The position numbers and the translations under genes are program-made. DNA of 64,000 nucleotides from the human T2T-CHM13v2.0 reference genome, Homo sapiens. The DNA lies in the NCBI RefSeq assembly GCF_009914755.1, contig NC_060932.1. One strand, given 5' to 3'. Positions 1-13,949 of this stretch are shown piece by piece; position 1 is the first letter of the stretch; each line of letters begins with the position of its first letter. The notes beneath the pieces are model-generated. The model had not been told where the DNA came from, did not search any database, and saw only the letters and a program-made list of their open reading frames with translations.

Positions 1-1332
1 AATTGTATTACCTCCTTCTTGATCCTTGGACTAAATTCACCTGTCCAGAAATGCACCACCCTTCGACCCTGTCCGTCCTTTGCTTTGGCCAAACAATACT
101 CCTGCGTCAATCGTCCCTCACACTAGCTAATGCTGACGGCTTTCCTGGCCTCACATCTAGTGTGGTATCAACCCATATAAATAGAATACTCAGCTGGCTG
201 AAAAACTTTCTCTAATTGCAGGAATTTAGCCCACCTCCTCCATGTTCTCCCCCATTCATTCCATGAACTTATTTAATGTGAAAGGAACTTTCCTGATCTT
301 CTCTGTCTCCCTTCAATTGTCAATTCTCTGTTCACATCCTGTCTTGACTTACAGCATGTCCTCATAAAATACGGTGCAGTGAGAAGAGAATAGACTTTTA
401 GGTCAGATCAACTAGGATTAAAGTCCAGCTTGGATACTTGTTACCTGTGTGACCCCAGGAAAACATATCACCTTCTCTGAGCATTAGTATCCTGTATAGC
501 AAACAGGCTTACACAATACTTAGCCTCTGGTTGAGACTACTACATGAGGCAATGTATAGCACCTGCTTCACAATGAATTCTTTCTTTCTAGCTATCCAGC
601 TTGTGTTTTTAAACCTTATTTCATCACAGCAAAAACTAACCCAGATAAAAAGAACAGTGAATCCACACATCAGACAAATGAGAGGTAACTTACATTGTCA
701 GTTTTAGCCTCAGTCACCTTACTGAGGAGTCTGATATAGACACATGTTGTCTTTTTATTAATATCTCACTTAGCTGATATTCTATCACAGAAGCCAGTGT
801 ATCCCCATGAAATTCTCTTTAACTTTTTTATTAACTAATTAATGGAATTGGGGAGATAGATATCATTTAATGGAATACTTCTCCCTCCCTAAGAAAAGTT
901 TCACATGCATAAATTAATAAGGTCATGCATTTGCACTTGGCCAAGTGCTGGCTCTTACAGCCATAAGTGCTACGTGGCTGTGAAGTAAGGGGAAGAGAAA
1001 GAATGATTAACTGATGTAGAAAGAGAAGGAGGCAGAGGGTTGGGAGTCTGGGTGAGAAAGCAGAGGCAAAGCTGGCCCTGATAGGAAGAGATGAACTAAA
1101 TGTAATGGGATGATGTGAGCCGGGGTAGTGGGGGAGCAGGGCTGTGAGGAGGGCCAGGCAGAACAGCAGCGAGTTTCTTAGGACAGCAAGCTTACAGTCT
1201 GATGAGCAGGACAGGAGGGTTTACACTGAGCTGCAAGGTATGGGGTGCCACCTAAATGCTGCCACTGTGTGATGTGGGGAGGTACAAAGCTTCAAAGGGC
1301 TCAGCTCTTGTCTTAAAAGAAGTGATAATCTG

Positions 1333-1636
<304 letters not shown>

Positions 1637-1811
1637 CTAGAGGAGGAAAGAGACTTTCATTACAATAATGTGAGAATTATGTGTCAAATGCCACGATGAA
1701 GGGATAGTCTATGAACATCCCCCTATGAGGGATGGTCATTGCTTGTAGACCATCCCCCCAGAAGATGGTATGTGCTCCTGGGGAAGTCAAGAATGGCATC
1801 TCAGTGGACGT

Positions 1812-2190
1812 GTCTGTCTTAGGTCAGTTTACAAGCAGCAGAGCCTGAGATGGGATTTTATTTAGGGTGAACTCTTAGAGGAGCCTGATAGCAAGGGAAG
1901 CAGGATAGGGCAGGGGAAGCAGCTCTGCAAAGATGTGCTTTCAACTTGTGCCACAAAGGTTGTCTCATCCAGAGGCAAGAGGCCTGAGCTGTCATTCCTC
2001 TTCGTCAGTCAGTCATTTGCCATGAGAGGGTGGGAGTATGTGGTCACCTCCTAGACAACTCTGGGGGAGGTGGCTCTTGAAAAGCTCTTTGGAGAAGGAA
2101 GCATATATGTATGATTTTCAGTCAATATCTGTAGCAGCTGATAAGTCAGTTCACCAGCACTATAAGTAGTAGTTGAATGGGGCACTCCCA
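1812..2190 (-). mobile_element. Old ERVL/MaLR-type solo LTR, degenerate, inserted in an L2 fossil
   Basis: Begins TGTCTTAGGTCAG...AGCAGAGCCTGAGATGGGATT, typical of the antisense end of old MLT1/ERVL LTRs. Subfamily not resolved. Confidence 0.5.
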
Positions 2191-2379
2191 GCATTCACTT
2201 CAGTGACATTGGAAGTGGTTCATTTGCTGCAATGAGTTGGAGGGCGATACAGAATTCCATGGAGAAGCAAAAGTATGTGCAAAGGCCCAAGAGAGTTGGT
2301 GGGTGGAACTGATTTGGCTTAGAGGGGCCAGCAGTCAGTTGTGGGTGAGATGAGAGTGAGGGATAGGCTATAGGAGATG

Positions 2380-2640
2380 CGGCTGAGAGAATGGTGATTA
2401 ACAATGTGGGCTTGGGAGTGACACAAATTCAGGCTTGAATTCTTACTGAATGTTTACTGATTATGTGGCCTAAAGCAAGATACCTTACTTTTCCTTGCCT
2501 CAGTGCCCTCATTTGTTAAATGGGCGTGATGACTACCTTTCAGGATTGTTGTGAGCATAGAATAACTTAACGAAAGTAAACCACTGGGCACATTAGCTGG
2601 GGCATATTAACTTTCAATAAAGGCCAGTCTTGATTATTAC
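2380..2640 (+). mobile_element. MIR SINE
   Basis: MIR core GCCTCAGTGCCCTCATTTGTTAAATGGG...GATTGTTGTGAG. Confidence 0.7.
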
Positions 2641-5600
2641 AAAGCTGAAAATGTTGAACTGATTTTGAAAATTTTGAAATCTATTCCAAGGAGGTTGGAC
2701 TTCATATAGAAATAATAATAATGATGATGGTAATAATAATAATTATTATTAATAATTAATGACAACATCAGTAATAGCAGCAGAAGCAACTAGAACTAAG
2801 ATGTCAAATGGGGAGCCAGTAGATGTCTTTACAAGAGTAGGGAATTTGCAGGCCTGTGATTGAAAAAGATACATTGGTCATTTCTGGGGAGAATTGGTTG
2901 GTGATAGAGAGAGAAGGGCAGGAGAACCAGCTACAAGACTCTCTCAAAAGTCGATGTAAGAGACAATGAGAGCTTGAACTTGGTCAAAAGTGTGGACCAA
3001 GAAGGGACTGAGCCAAGACCAGAGCAAAGCCAATGAAACTCCATAGCAACAGGGCTCAATTTGCATTCATGGGTCTTTGCCACCTGTCCAGTGAGCAACT
3101 CCAACTACACATAGTACAAACTCAGTCAAGGGTGGCTTTCTGCTTTGGGTAAGGCCTTTTAGTGGAAAAGGCCTTTGTGAGATGCAAGCTGCCCCTGGTA
3201 AGGATGATCCAATGATGCTCGTGAGCCTTCTCTGTCACTTTTATTGAGTTTCTGTATACTCTAATTTATTAATAAAGGGACAAAGGAGGAACATGGGCAT
3301 GTTTTACTCTTGTCATTATCTGGAAGAGTTTTTCGATGAAACCATTGAGCATAAGGTAATTGCTGTTTCTGCTGAAAGCTCATCTCTATACAGAGTGACC
3401 TTGGCTACAATCCCTGATGAAAATGAGGAAACATGCTGATTTAAGTTGGTCTTATAAAGGCCCTCTACTGCAGCCCTGCTCTGGAGGAAATCAATAGACG
3501 TATCTCAGCAGATAAACACAAATAAAAACATCCTGCTTAGCTTTGCTGAATTCCCACCTCTTCTCACAAGTAAAATGGTAAAAATAAACTCATTACCTCT
3601 AGAACCTACGGAGTTAGATTTGATGATGTCATGTCTCTTCCAGAAGTACATTCTTACTCTTTGACTTCCCAAATTATATTAATAATAGAAGGTAATAGCT
3701 CTAACATTTATGGAGCAGTTATTCTGTGGCAGGCACCATGTTAACCACGTCATGTATGGTATCTTATTTAGATTTCATGGTCACCATATGCAGTAGTTAA
3801 TATTGCAATCTATTTTACAGATGTAGATACTGAGGACTGATAAAATTCAACAGAAAGGTGTGTAGGATAAAATGAGGCACCCAATGTACATGTTTCTAAA
3901 CGCTGTGCATTCTGAATTCTATCCCTTGCCTCTTCTTTTCACTCATTTTAAATTATACTAAAATGTTAAACACTCAGAACAAATCTCCTATCTGGTCATT
4001 TGACGGATATCCATGGAAAACCCTGTATGTTTTCTACACTTTTTGGTTGTCAATTAACTACCACAATGATTGCTCTTCTCATGGACAACAGTGACATGAT
4101 CCTACGTTGTACTGTATTACCCTCTACTTGTTTCATGGGTGGGATTCATCACCCCCAAACACAGTGAGGGCCTAAAGGGCAGGAACTATTTTCTACTTTT
4201 GTGTTTCCCTTATACCATCCATCAACAAGCTGATACAACAAGAACCCAGAAATTGAATCAAATTTTTTCCAGAGTTATTAGACTATAGCTCTTTATATCT
4301 TGTTGCCTGTGCCTTCTTCACTTTTGAATGTAGATAAGTCTAAGGATTTATCTTATAGAAAGGCTTAGCCCATTGAGAAATGACTAAAATCACTTGGAAG
4401 AAAGGCACCATATATTCTGATATGTACATATGTAGGCTTGCATATACATTAAATAGTTGGATGCATATTCCTTGATTAGTATATATATTTATGTTGTAAT
4501 TCAACCAATATGTAATGAGAGCCTAATTATGAGCTGAACGCTTTACGAGGAGCTGTAATGCAGCAGTAACTATGCATAGTGTAATTCTTATGAAGCTTAT
4601 TATTTAATAGGGGATAGAATAAACAGATTTTTACCTATATGTACGTTTTTAGAATCTACACATGACATTTGCACATTGCTACTTGGATTTTTGATAGATA
4701 AATATAAACCTACCTGGATATATGAAACACTTGACACAAATTGTATCTATTTATTCAACAAACATTAAGTGAGCATTTGCTACAGTACAAGACAATCCTT
4801 AGAGGTGACACATTCTCCTGGTTCTGGGGCAAAAGCCATCTTATTATGAACCCTATGTTGGGGTAAGTTCAGAAAACCATGCACTGTTTCTTAAGATTAA
4901 ACTTCTATACATGTTGATTTGCATCCTAGCTCCTAGCAGTCACTAGATAAGTGACTTTGAGTATATTATTTAACCTCTGATTAATCTCATCTGTAAAATA
5001 GAGATAATAATGATACCTACTTCACAGAGTTTCTATAAGGATTAAAAAATATTTTGTAAGTTAAAAGCTTAGTTCAGGCACATTGGAAGTCCTTAATATC
5101 CGCTAACTACTATTATTTAAGGTGGGGGTAGTGAGAGCAGCTGCCTAGTAGTGATTACTATCTAACGATTTTCTTCTGGAGATCTGCTGGCTACAACTCC
5201 ATGTTCTTCATGTCATTATCTCTCTCAGGGAGGAGCACAGAGCCCCAATGAATGGGATTAGAAAAGGTGCTGTCTGCTTCATTGTTCCACGTGCCCCTCA
5301 TCTATTAGCACAAAGCCAGCACTCTGGGTGGGCAAGTAACTTTGCTCTGTTTCCAAACAGCTAGAAACGTCCTTTTCCCTGAATAATATCCATGTTAGGC
5401 TTTCAGAGCTGAGTGAGTAATAAGATACTAGGGAGAGTCCTGGATAACAGGTAAGTGGAGTTGGAACCACTTCCAGAGCAAAGGATAAATGCTCTTACTT
5501 GGCTCATAGGCCTGACATGACATGAACAAAAAACCAGAGTTTTCTAATTGAACCTAGAAATCAACAACTGCTTGTTGCAGTCAGATAGCTGAACTGAGTT

Positions 5601-5731
5601 CACTCCAGTGAAAGTTTAAAACTTGGCAGTCACTCGTATGTGCTATTTTTTGCTGTCTAAAGCTATCAGGCTTTGGAGTAGCCATTTTTACCCCTCTTAA
5701 TGCAGTTCTTACTTTAGTGATGGTAGTAGAG

Positions 5732-5826
5732 GTATGTGTGCACACATATATGTGTATGTGTATGTGTGCACACATATATGTGTATGTGTATGTGTGCACA
5801 CATATATGTGTATGTGTATGTGTGCA
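5732..5826. repeat. 28-bp minisatellite, 3.4 copies, fully alternating purine/pyrimidine
   Basis: Unit GTATGTGTGCACACATATATGTGTATGT repeated perfectly. Confidence 0.95.
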
Positions 5827-7517
5827 TTTTATGCCCACAAAAGTTACTTAGAAGGAAATCTGCAGTCTGTCCATCTCTGTAGCGCCATTGCTTCTAGCAC
5901 AGGACTGGCACACAGTAGGCATTCAGTAAAATGTTATTACTACTTGCTGAGTCAGTGAAAGAGTGACATTGATCTGCTGCAGCTCCATAATGCTTATAAC
6001 ATCAAGTTTAAAGGCCTCAGTTTGGCTGTCACATTTCCTCATAGATGGAGGAATGAGAGGGTCATATCTTGAATACTCAGCTCTTTCTGCCTCTTCTAAC
6101 CCAAGAGAATCTCCTCTAACAGTACCTTGCCTCTCCAAATGCAGCTGGCTGACTCACTATCACCTCTAAGCTGTTTTCTTCTCAAACTTGTCAACTCTTA
6201 TTCAACATCGGATCTTCCAATGCAACCTCTGACATCCTCCCCTCACCCCAGGAAGTCATCTTTCAAATTTTGGGGGAAATGTGACACCATATGTTATTCC
6301 CATCATATTTGATAGCTCACATTGATCACCTATCTTCTGAACTTCACTGCTGAACATCTGTCTCAGTCCCATGTTATGACATTTATTAATCTAGACCATT
6401 TACCTCCCTGCCTCACCCTTGAAATTATATTTATCCAGCCAGACTGTGGGCTTCTTGAAGGCCAGGAACAATATTTCTTTTTCTTGGACCTTTCACCATC
6501 TTCCCTATAGCATCTAGTGTAACATTAGGTATGGAGAAACACAGTAATCACAGATATAATAAAGAGTATTTGTTTCCTTGTAGAGAAATAAAATAGTAAT
6601 ATGTGAGAAAGAAGGGGAGAGACAGAGAGAGAGAGAGACAGAGAGACAGAGATTTTCTCAGAAAAAAATATATGCTATTTTCTGTGCCAACTAGTTTTCT
6701 TGTTAATAGTATTCCACTCTTGAAGCTCCCTATTCAAGCACGGAGTACTTATTACAACCATCCGCATAAATAATATATGCTAAAATGCTTCTCTGTGCCA
6801 CAAATATTGACCTTGTTTAATAATTGATGATGGACTCCAGTACTACCCTGGAACCATGCTGACACAGGTTTGTGCCCTTTCCACTGGCCTATATTTATAG
6901 TTTTTATTTCCTTAAGTTAAAATTTACCTTAATTTCTTTGTGGAAAAATATTTTCCCCCAGGACTCTAATATAATACTGGAAACTGAAATCAGTAAGGCA
7001 GGTATAGTAGAGATAAAAGGGGGGATTCTTACTCCATCATTATAAACAAAACCAAGCTTATTTTCTTTAAATGACATTCCTGACATGTCCCTTTTTTCTT
7101 CATAATTTTTCAAAGGCTTACCAATTGCCAAAGAATAATACAAAAAAAAAAAATAAGACTTAGTGAAGACTTACCTGGTGCCAGTTTCTCTATAAGCACT
7201 TTACTTGTATTGCTTCATTTAATACTCAAAAAGTTTTCTTTACTACAGATAAGAAAACTAGACACATTAAGTAATGCATTTAACATACCTAGAAAGTAGT
7301 CTGAATCAAAACCTTAGGCTCTAAATGACTATAATAAACCAGCTCTTTGCTTATACAACCATGTAGTAGAAAATTTCTGGTTTTGCTTTCTCATCACCCT
7401 TTCATATGGGAATAGTGCTTTACTTCTCTTTCAAAAACCATTACTCCTAAGCTTTCTGTCCACACTTAGCTCACAGTAACTGAATAAATGATGGACCTTT
7501 GACCAAAATCCAGCATG

Positions 7518-8030
7518 AGATTGATTGTAAAAATGATTTCAATTTTCCACCTACCTTGTATTCATGCCCTTTTCAGTGTGACTTTTCAGCTCTTCCCTTT
7601 AAGTTCATCCCAGTCCTTTAAATATGGACTGGCCTCACGACTGAGTCAGGCCAATAGAATGGAGAAAAAGTAATGTGCTAATTCTAAGTCTAGACCTAAA
7701 GTTGTCTTCTGAATTTCCACCATCTCTATTAGAACCATGCCAATGCCATGAGAAAAGTATGGGTCGAACTGCTAGAATATGAGAAACACATGGAGGAGAA
7801 TCCAATTGCTGTAGCTGAAGCTAATGTACAACAGCCAGTCTGTCATTGCTCAAAGATGCTAAGAATCCAGAAAAGATCAGCACAGCCTCCGATTGTCCCA
7901 CAGCTGACTGCAGATGCGTGGATGAGCCCAGCTGAGACTAACAGAACCAAACCCTGCCTACAGACTCATGAGCAATGATAAATTATCACTACTTTAACCT
8001 ATGAGTTCTACAGGGATTTGTTAGCTAGTA
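7518..8030 (+). mobile_element. MaLR solo LTR (MLT1G/H-like)
   Basis: GATTGATTGTAAAAATG start, GGCCAATAGAATGG, CAGCTGACTGCAGATGCGTGGATGAGCCCAGC and MLT1-type 3' end. Confidence 0.7.
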
Positions 8031-8210
8031 GAGACTTTCTGAAATTTTGGATGTAGCTATTGGGAAAGATGTAATATCTATTTATTGACATTGCTAAGCT
8101 ATTAGGATTTAAGCTGAAATTGTTGGTAGTCATTTTCTACCTGAGAAGAATTTGCATAAAAATGCAAACAAAGAAACAACAGGTATAAAAGATTATGGAA
8201 ACATATTTCT

Positions 8211-8545
<335 letters not shown>

Positions 8546-8994
8546 TTGAAAACACATTTCCGATAATATTCTTTGAGCACCTGGAACTACCAGTGCCTAA
8601 AGCCAGTATACACTTGGACTTTCTTGTGACATGAATTAATAAATCTCCACACCGTCCCTTAAAAAAAATAAACAGTAGACATGGGTGCCTGCTCCATATA
8701 AACACAGTGTTGATTAATATGATCACTGTAGACTTTACTGTATATTCCAATGCACATCAAATATCTACCTTTTTCTGTCCCTTTGCTCCAATAGATTCTC
8801 ATCCTAAAGTGTCCTTTGCACATATCTTTATCAAGCCTTTATCATTTGAAGTCTGAACCTTGCTTCAGAATCGTTTGAAAATAACGTCAAGGAGCAAAAA
8901 CTAAGTTTATTAGTAAGAGGCAGAATGGAAGATACTAAGAATAGAGAAGAAGGAATATTACGCCTTGGAATAGATTTGACTCAAGGTCAGAATC

Positions 8995-9780
8995 ATTAAC
9001 TAATTCATTGAACAAGTAGTTTTCAAGTGACTCCATATATGTAGAACTGTGCTAGGTCTTGAGAATACAGAAAAGGAAAAAAACTTTCCTGCTGGAAAGT
9101 ACAAAAGTGTATTTTCTAGCAAAAGACACAGATACATACAATGAATGCATACACTGATGGATAAGAGAATTTCTGATGAAGATAAATGTTTTAACATTAA
9201 TGCAGCCAGGTAGTATGAGGAAAGTGACTCAGATGGAATTGGAGTGGTTGAGTGGTCCCAGAAGTCTCTCTAGGAAGTGATGTTGAGCCTGGAGAATGAC
9301 AAGCAGCCAGACTGAAATGATCCAAGGACCTGGATCCAAGCACTTGTCCGAAATGAGCATTTCAGACAGAGGTAAGCGCAGTACATGGGTTTGAGAGAAG
9401 TCCATGTTTTATGTTTTTTTTTTTTTAATTTGGATGAAGAGAAAAAGTAATAAAGTGAGGTGAGTGTGGGAGGACTTGGCAAGAGACGAGGCTGGGGAAG
9501 CTGGCAGGAGTCTTCAGGCCATGGTAAGTAAGAAGCTGGGATTCTATTCTAAGCCTGATGGAAAGCCATTGAGGGTTTTTAATGGGAGAATGGCAGGATG
9601 AATTTTATAGTTTTGAATTGTAGAAACTATATGAAAGATAGATTGTAGGACTGGGAGTGACTATAGGGAGATTTGTTTAAAAACTTTGTGGCAGTTCAAG
9701 TGACTGATGATGCTGGAAGCTTAGACTGTACAAGAAGCAATGCAAAGAAAAGTGGAAGTATTTAAGACTGCCACACAATA
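8995..9780. mobile_element. L2 LINE 3' fragment
   Basis: ATTCATTGAACAA end, GGAAAGCCATTGAGGGTTTT and other L2 motifs. Confidence 0.65.
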
Positions 9781-9918
9781 GAAAGAAAAGACCAGGAATT
9801 GTCAACCTAACATTATCACACACACACGCACACACACAACTAAATCTCACTGATAATCATATTGAAATTAAAATCAAATAAAATCACCTAAATCTTAAAA
9901 AAAAAAAAAAGAGTGGCC

Positions 9919-10231
<313 letters not shown>

Positions 10232-11609
10232 GATGAGTGGCTATTTTATATTTCTTTTGTACTTTTGTATTTCAAGATGAAATAAATTAACGAGAAATAT
10301 CCAAGACATATTCAGACCCAGATATACACATATATTTAGCTGTATACAATTAGAATAGTTGTGCTATGCATATAGTTTTATGCAATTGTTCATTTGATAT
10401 TAAGTTACTAATTTAACACATATTTATTAAAAGCCAATTATCCACAAATATTTTTCTAGGAAATGGAGGCTGAGCAGAGAATGAAAGAGGCAAAACATGT
10501 TATAGTTCTCATGGAGCATGCATATGCCAGTTTGGAGAGACAAACAAGACACAAGATAAGGAGAACACATAGATTTTATGTGGTGGTAGGAGCTAGTTGA
10601 AATAAAAGAGAATGTTGAGAGGAGCTGAAATTCGTAGAGAGGGAAACCACAAGTATATTTCCATCATCTTAATAATTAACCAAACATTTTAAGGACTTCT
10701 CGATAGCCATTATGTTAACTAAACTTTAAAAACCCTATTTATAGTAACTGCATATATTCACTGTGTTCAACATTCCTATTAAATTCAGACATTTTTATTG
10801 CTGCTAATTTTCTCTGTTATATATCATTATTTATAATTCTCTGCAGACACCTAGATTCATCATATTTCTTTCAGCATGAAACTACTTAAGGCTCTTGAAG
10901 CCCATACCAAATTTCCTTCCAGGAAGGAGTAATAATGTGAATTCGAAACATCAGTGTTTAAGAATGCCTTACCTCTGAACGTTCACTTGGGGCTCCCATT
11001 TCATGAAACTGAAGAGGCAAGAAAACATGGTCATCTCGAAGAGGCCTTACTACATGCTTAGTTTTGAACTAGGAAAGCCAACAAGGTCCACTGAGACCAA
11101 AATTAGCATTTGAAAGAGGAAAAATTGAGGCTCAGAGGAAAGAAGTTACTTGGCCCTATTATCAGCAAATTAGCGACAAAACCTGGACTGTATTCCAGAT
11201 TATCTAACTCTCAGTCCTTTTACTCCTTGATTTAATCATCATCATCAAGTGGGTGGACCTCAGAGTGTCCAAGGTAATTCATGTATGAGCAGCAAAATTA
11301 CTTTTTATATCGCATCTGCAGGTGTGTATACCGTGGGGCTCCTTACCCTTTTTTATGGGAATCTTATTGGAATAGTTTAGGCAGCTATAGTGCTCAGTAC
11401 CAAGGAGAGCTCCAGTAAGCATGTAGCCCTTGATGTCCTTCACACTTTGAAGCTTATTATCCTGAATAATTTAATACTGTCTGTGTTTGCTTCTGTCCTC
11501 AGGGAAGAACTTTCTAAGCCATAAGGGATCTGACATATTAGTGCTGGTGCTTATCCCCCAGAATAGAGGTGCAGATCTTTTCACAGAAACTGCTCACAAT
11601 TCACACATA

Positions 11610-11925
11610 TCAGTGTGGGCTGTAGAAGTGAGTTCCAACTAATGGAATCAGAGCAGAAATGATGTGTGCCACCTTCATGTCTGGAGCATAAAACCTCCCA
11701 TGCACAATCTTCTAAGATCTTTTCCACTGGGACAGTGACACTCAGAGCAAACTTGGAAGTTACATGTTATACAGGACAGAGCTGTTGCAAACCAGAGTCT
11801 TTAAGTGACTGAGTGGAGAAGAACTACTGCAAACGTAGCTCCTGCACCCCAATGAGAAAGAAGTAAACATCTTTATTCTTAAAGCCATTGAATCTTGAGT
11901 TCTATTTGTTTCAGTGGTTTGCAGT
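11610..11925 (+). mobile_element. MLT1-type LTR fragment
   Basis: AATGGAATCAGAGCAGAAATGATGTGTGCCACC...AAGCCATTGAATCTTGAGTTCTATTTGTT. Confidence 0.6.
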
Positions 11926-13949
11926 AGTTTGTACCACCTATCCTACCCTACTATAGGTGTTTTTTCATTATCACAGTTTTCTGCATTTGTTTGAAACTAT
12001 CCTAACAGTTGCTATTCCCAACTAATTCTATGTTCCTCAAGTCCTTCCCCTTACTTAAACCTCATTTACTTCTTGCACATTTATCTCAGCTCTCAATACT
12101 GCATATGTAAAATCATAAGTCAATTTATCTTATCCTCTTTCATTTTCCTCTCTCATTTAGTCATCATCACACCTATCTTAAAATTTCTTATCTTTTTCTT
12201 CCTTCTTCTACCGGAAGAGATACTTTTATGTCTGTACTCTCAATTCCACCTTCCCTCACCTTCCAGTATAACTTGACATAACAATTATCTGCAGCTTTTC
12301 TTATAGCACCAATCCTTCATTATATGTTGCATTCAGCCCTTCTGTCTACACAATGTTGTGCTTTTTCTTCTCAATCATTCCTCATCTCTCTCCTTTTCCT
12401 TCTTTCTTTTTTTCATTGCTTTCTTTACCTCAAACCTATCTCTATTCATCACCAAATTGTGAGAAAGGTCAGCCCACACCGGCTGCACTGACTTTCAGTA
12501 CAGGGACTTTTTTTCCCCTTGAGGTCTGATGTGCTCCATGCTGTCCTACATGGGAATGGCTCTTGTAAAGGTCAGAATCACATTATTAGTGATGTTCAGT
12601 TTTAGTGATTATTAGAGCTCAGTTCCACTCTTCTTGACCTCTGTCTACCTTATGATCTTGTTAATTTCTTTTTCTTAATGGATCATCACCTTCCTCTTTA
12701 AGCTAATGGAACTCCAGTTTTTCTACATGTTTCTGTTTCTTCTTAGCTGACTTCTCTCCCTTTATGCTAAAATTATGTGTTCTTTTAGGGCCTGACTTCA
12801 GTACGTGTGAGCTGTACTCTCTTTCCAATATGACTTCTCACTGCTCCAGTCATATTGAAGTAATTGCTAGGCTTCACATTTGAACAATTTCTGTGACATT
12901 ACTCTTGTTATTATTTACCTTCATTTCTCAAATATTTATTGCAATCGTACACCTTCTTCTGGTTAAAAATCAAATGTTATGCCCTCTATGAAGCTTTCTC
13001 TGAATGTCCCAGGTAAAAACAAACTCTATCTCTGTATGAAATCTTTTTATACTTTATACCTCTACCATGAAATATTTTATAATGTGGTTGTTTGAATAGA
13101 GCCAGACACATAGTTGGCCCTTACCAAGTATCTTTTCTTTTGAAAGGAAGAATAAAGAAATGAAGGAAAGATTCAGAGGTATCTTTTCTTCTCCCTGAAT
13201 AATTTTGTGAAACGGCAACCAGATAACACATGCATGGTCTGTGACCATCAGAATCCTGAGCATAAATTGCAGTTTACCTCCATGAGGCTTGTGTGTTCTG
13301 TGCCATTTTTCCCCCTTCCTTTTTGGAGAATGATGAATCAGACTCATCATGGTATTCAATTAATTTCACACAGCTGACTCCTGAGGGAGTTTGTATCCAA
13401 TGCCCTCTAACCGATGATCAATCATGCTCTTGTGGTTGGCACCCAAGGCAGCGGGAAGCAGGCCCATGACGTGATCCAGGTTGTCGAAGAGAATGTGTCC
13501 CCATCCAAGCAGGAAAGGTTTTGGTGACCTTTGATGGCATTTGAGATAAGTCATTTGCTCTGGCTTTTCTGAGGCCATATTGATCTTGCCCAGGATTCAA
13601 TTTTAGACAAACAGGCGACATAATTTATGTAAACTGGGCAGGTAATTAAACTCTTCTCCCAGGCAAAAAGGTCAGAGCAGAATATTTAAAGTTTCATTTC
13701 TAAGTGGAAGCAGTTAGCTAAAAAAAAGAGAAAGAAATCTCACTGGGATTGTCATGTTGCCAACTGTTACCCTATAAATTATTTGGTCCGGATTATCTTG
13801 CTAGGAATAGGTTTGAGTTCTCTTTGCTGAAAGAGCTACAAAAGGTGAGATACTCATTAAGCACAAAGTTTCATGTTTAAAATGACTGTGGAGTAGAATA
13901 CTTAGTGTTAGACTGTGAAAAAAAGTTCAATAACTTTTTCAGAGTGATT

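Noticed and set aside
5229-5456. Plus-strand CAG|GTAAGT donor at 5450 with possible upstream acceptors
   Set aside because: No supporting reading frame. Isolated splice-like motifs are expected by chance.
5581-5958. His/Thr/Tyr- and Cys/Val-rich repetitive ORFs
   Set aside because: Artefact of the 28-bp RY minisatellite.
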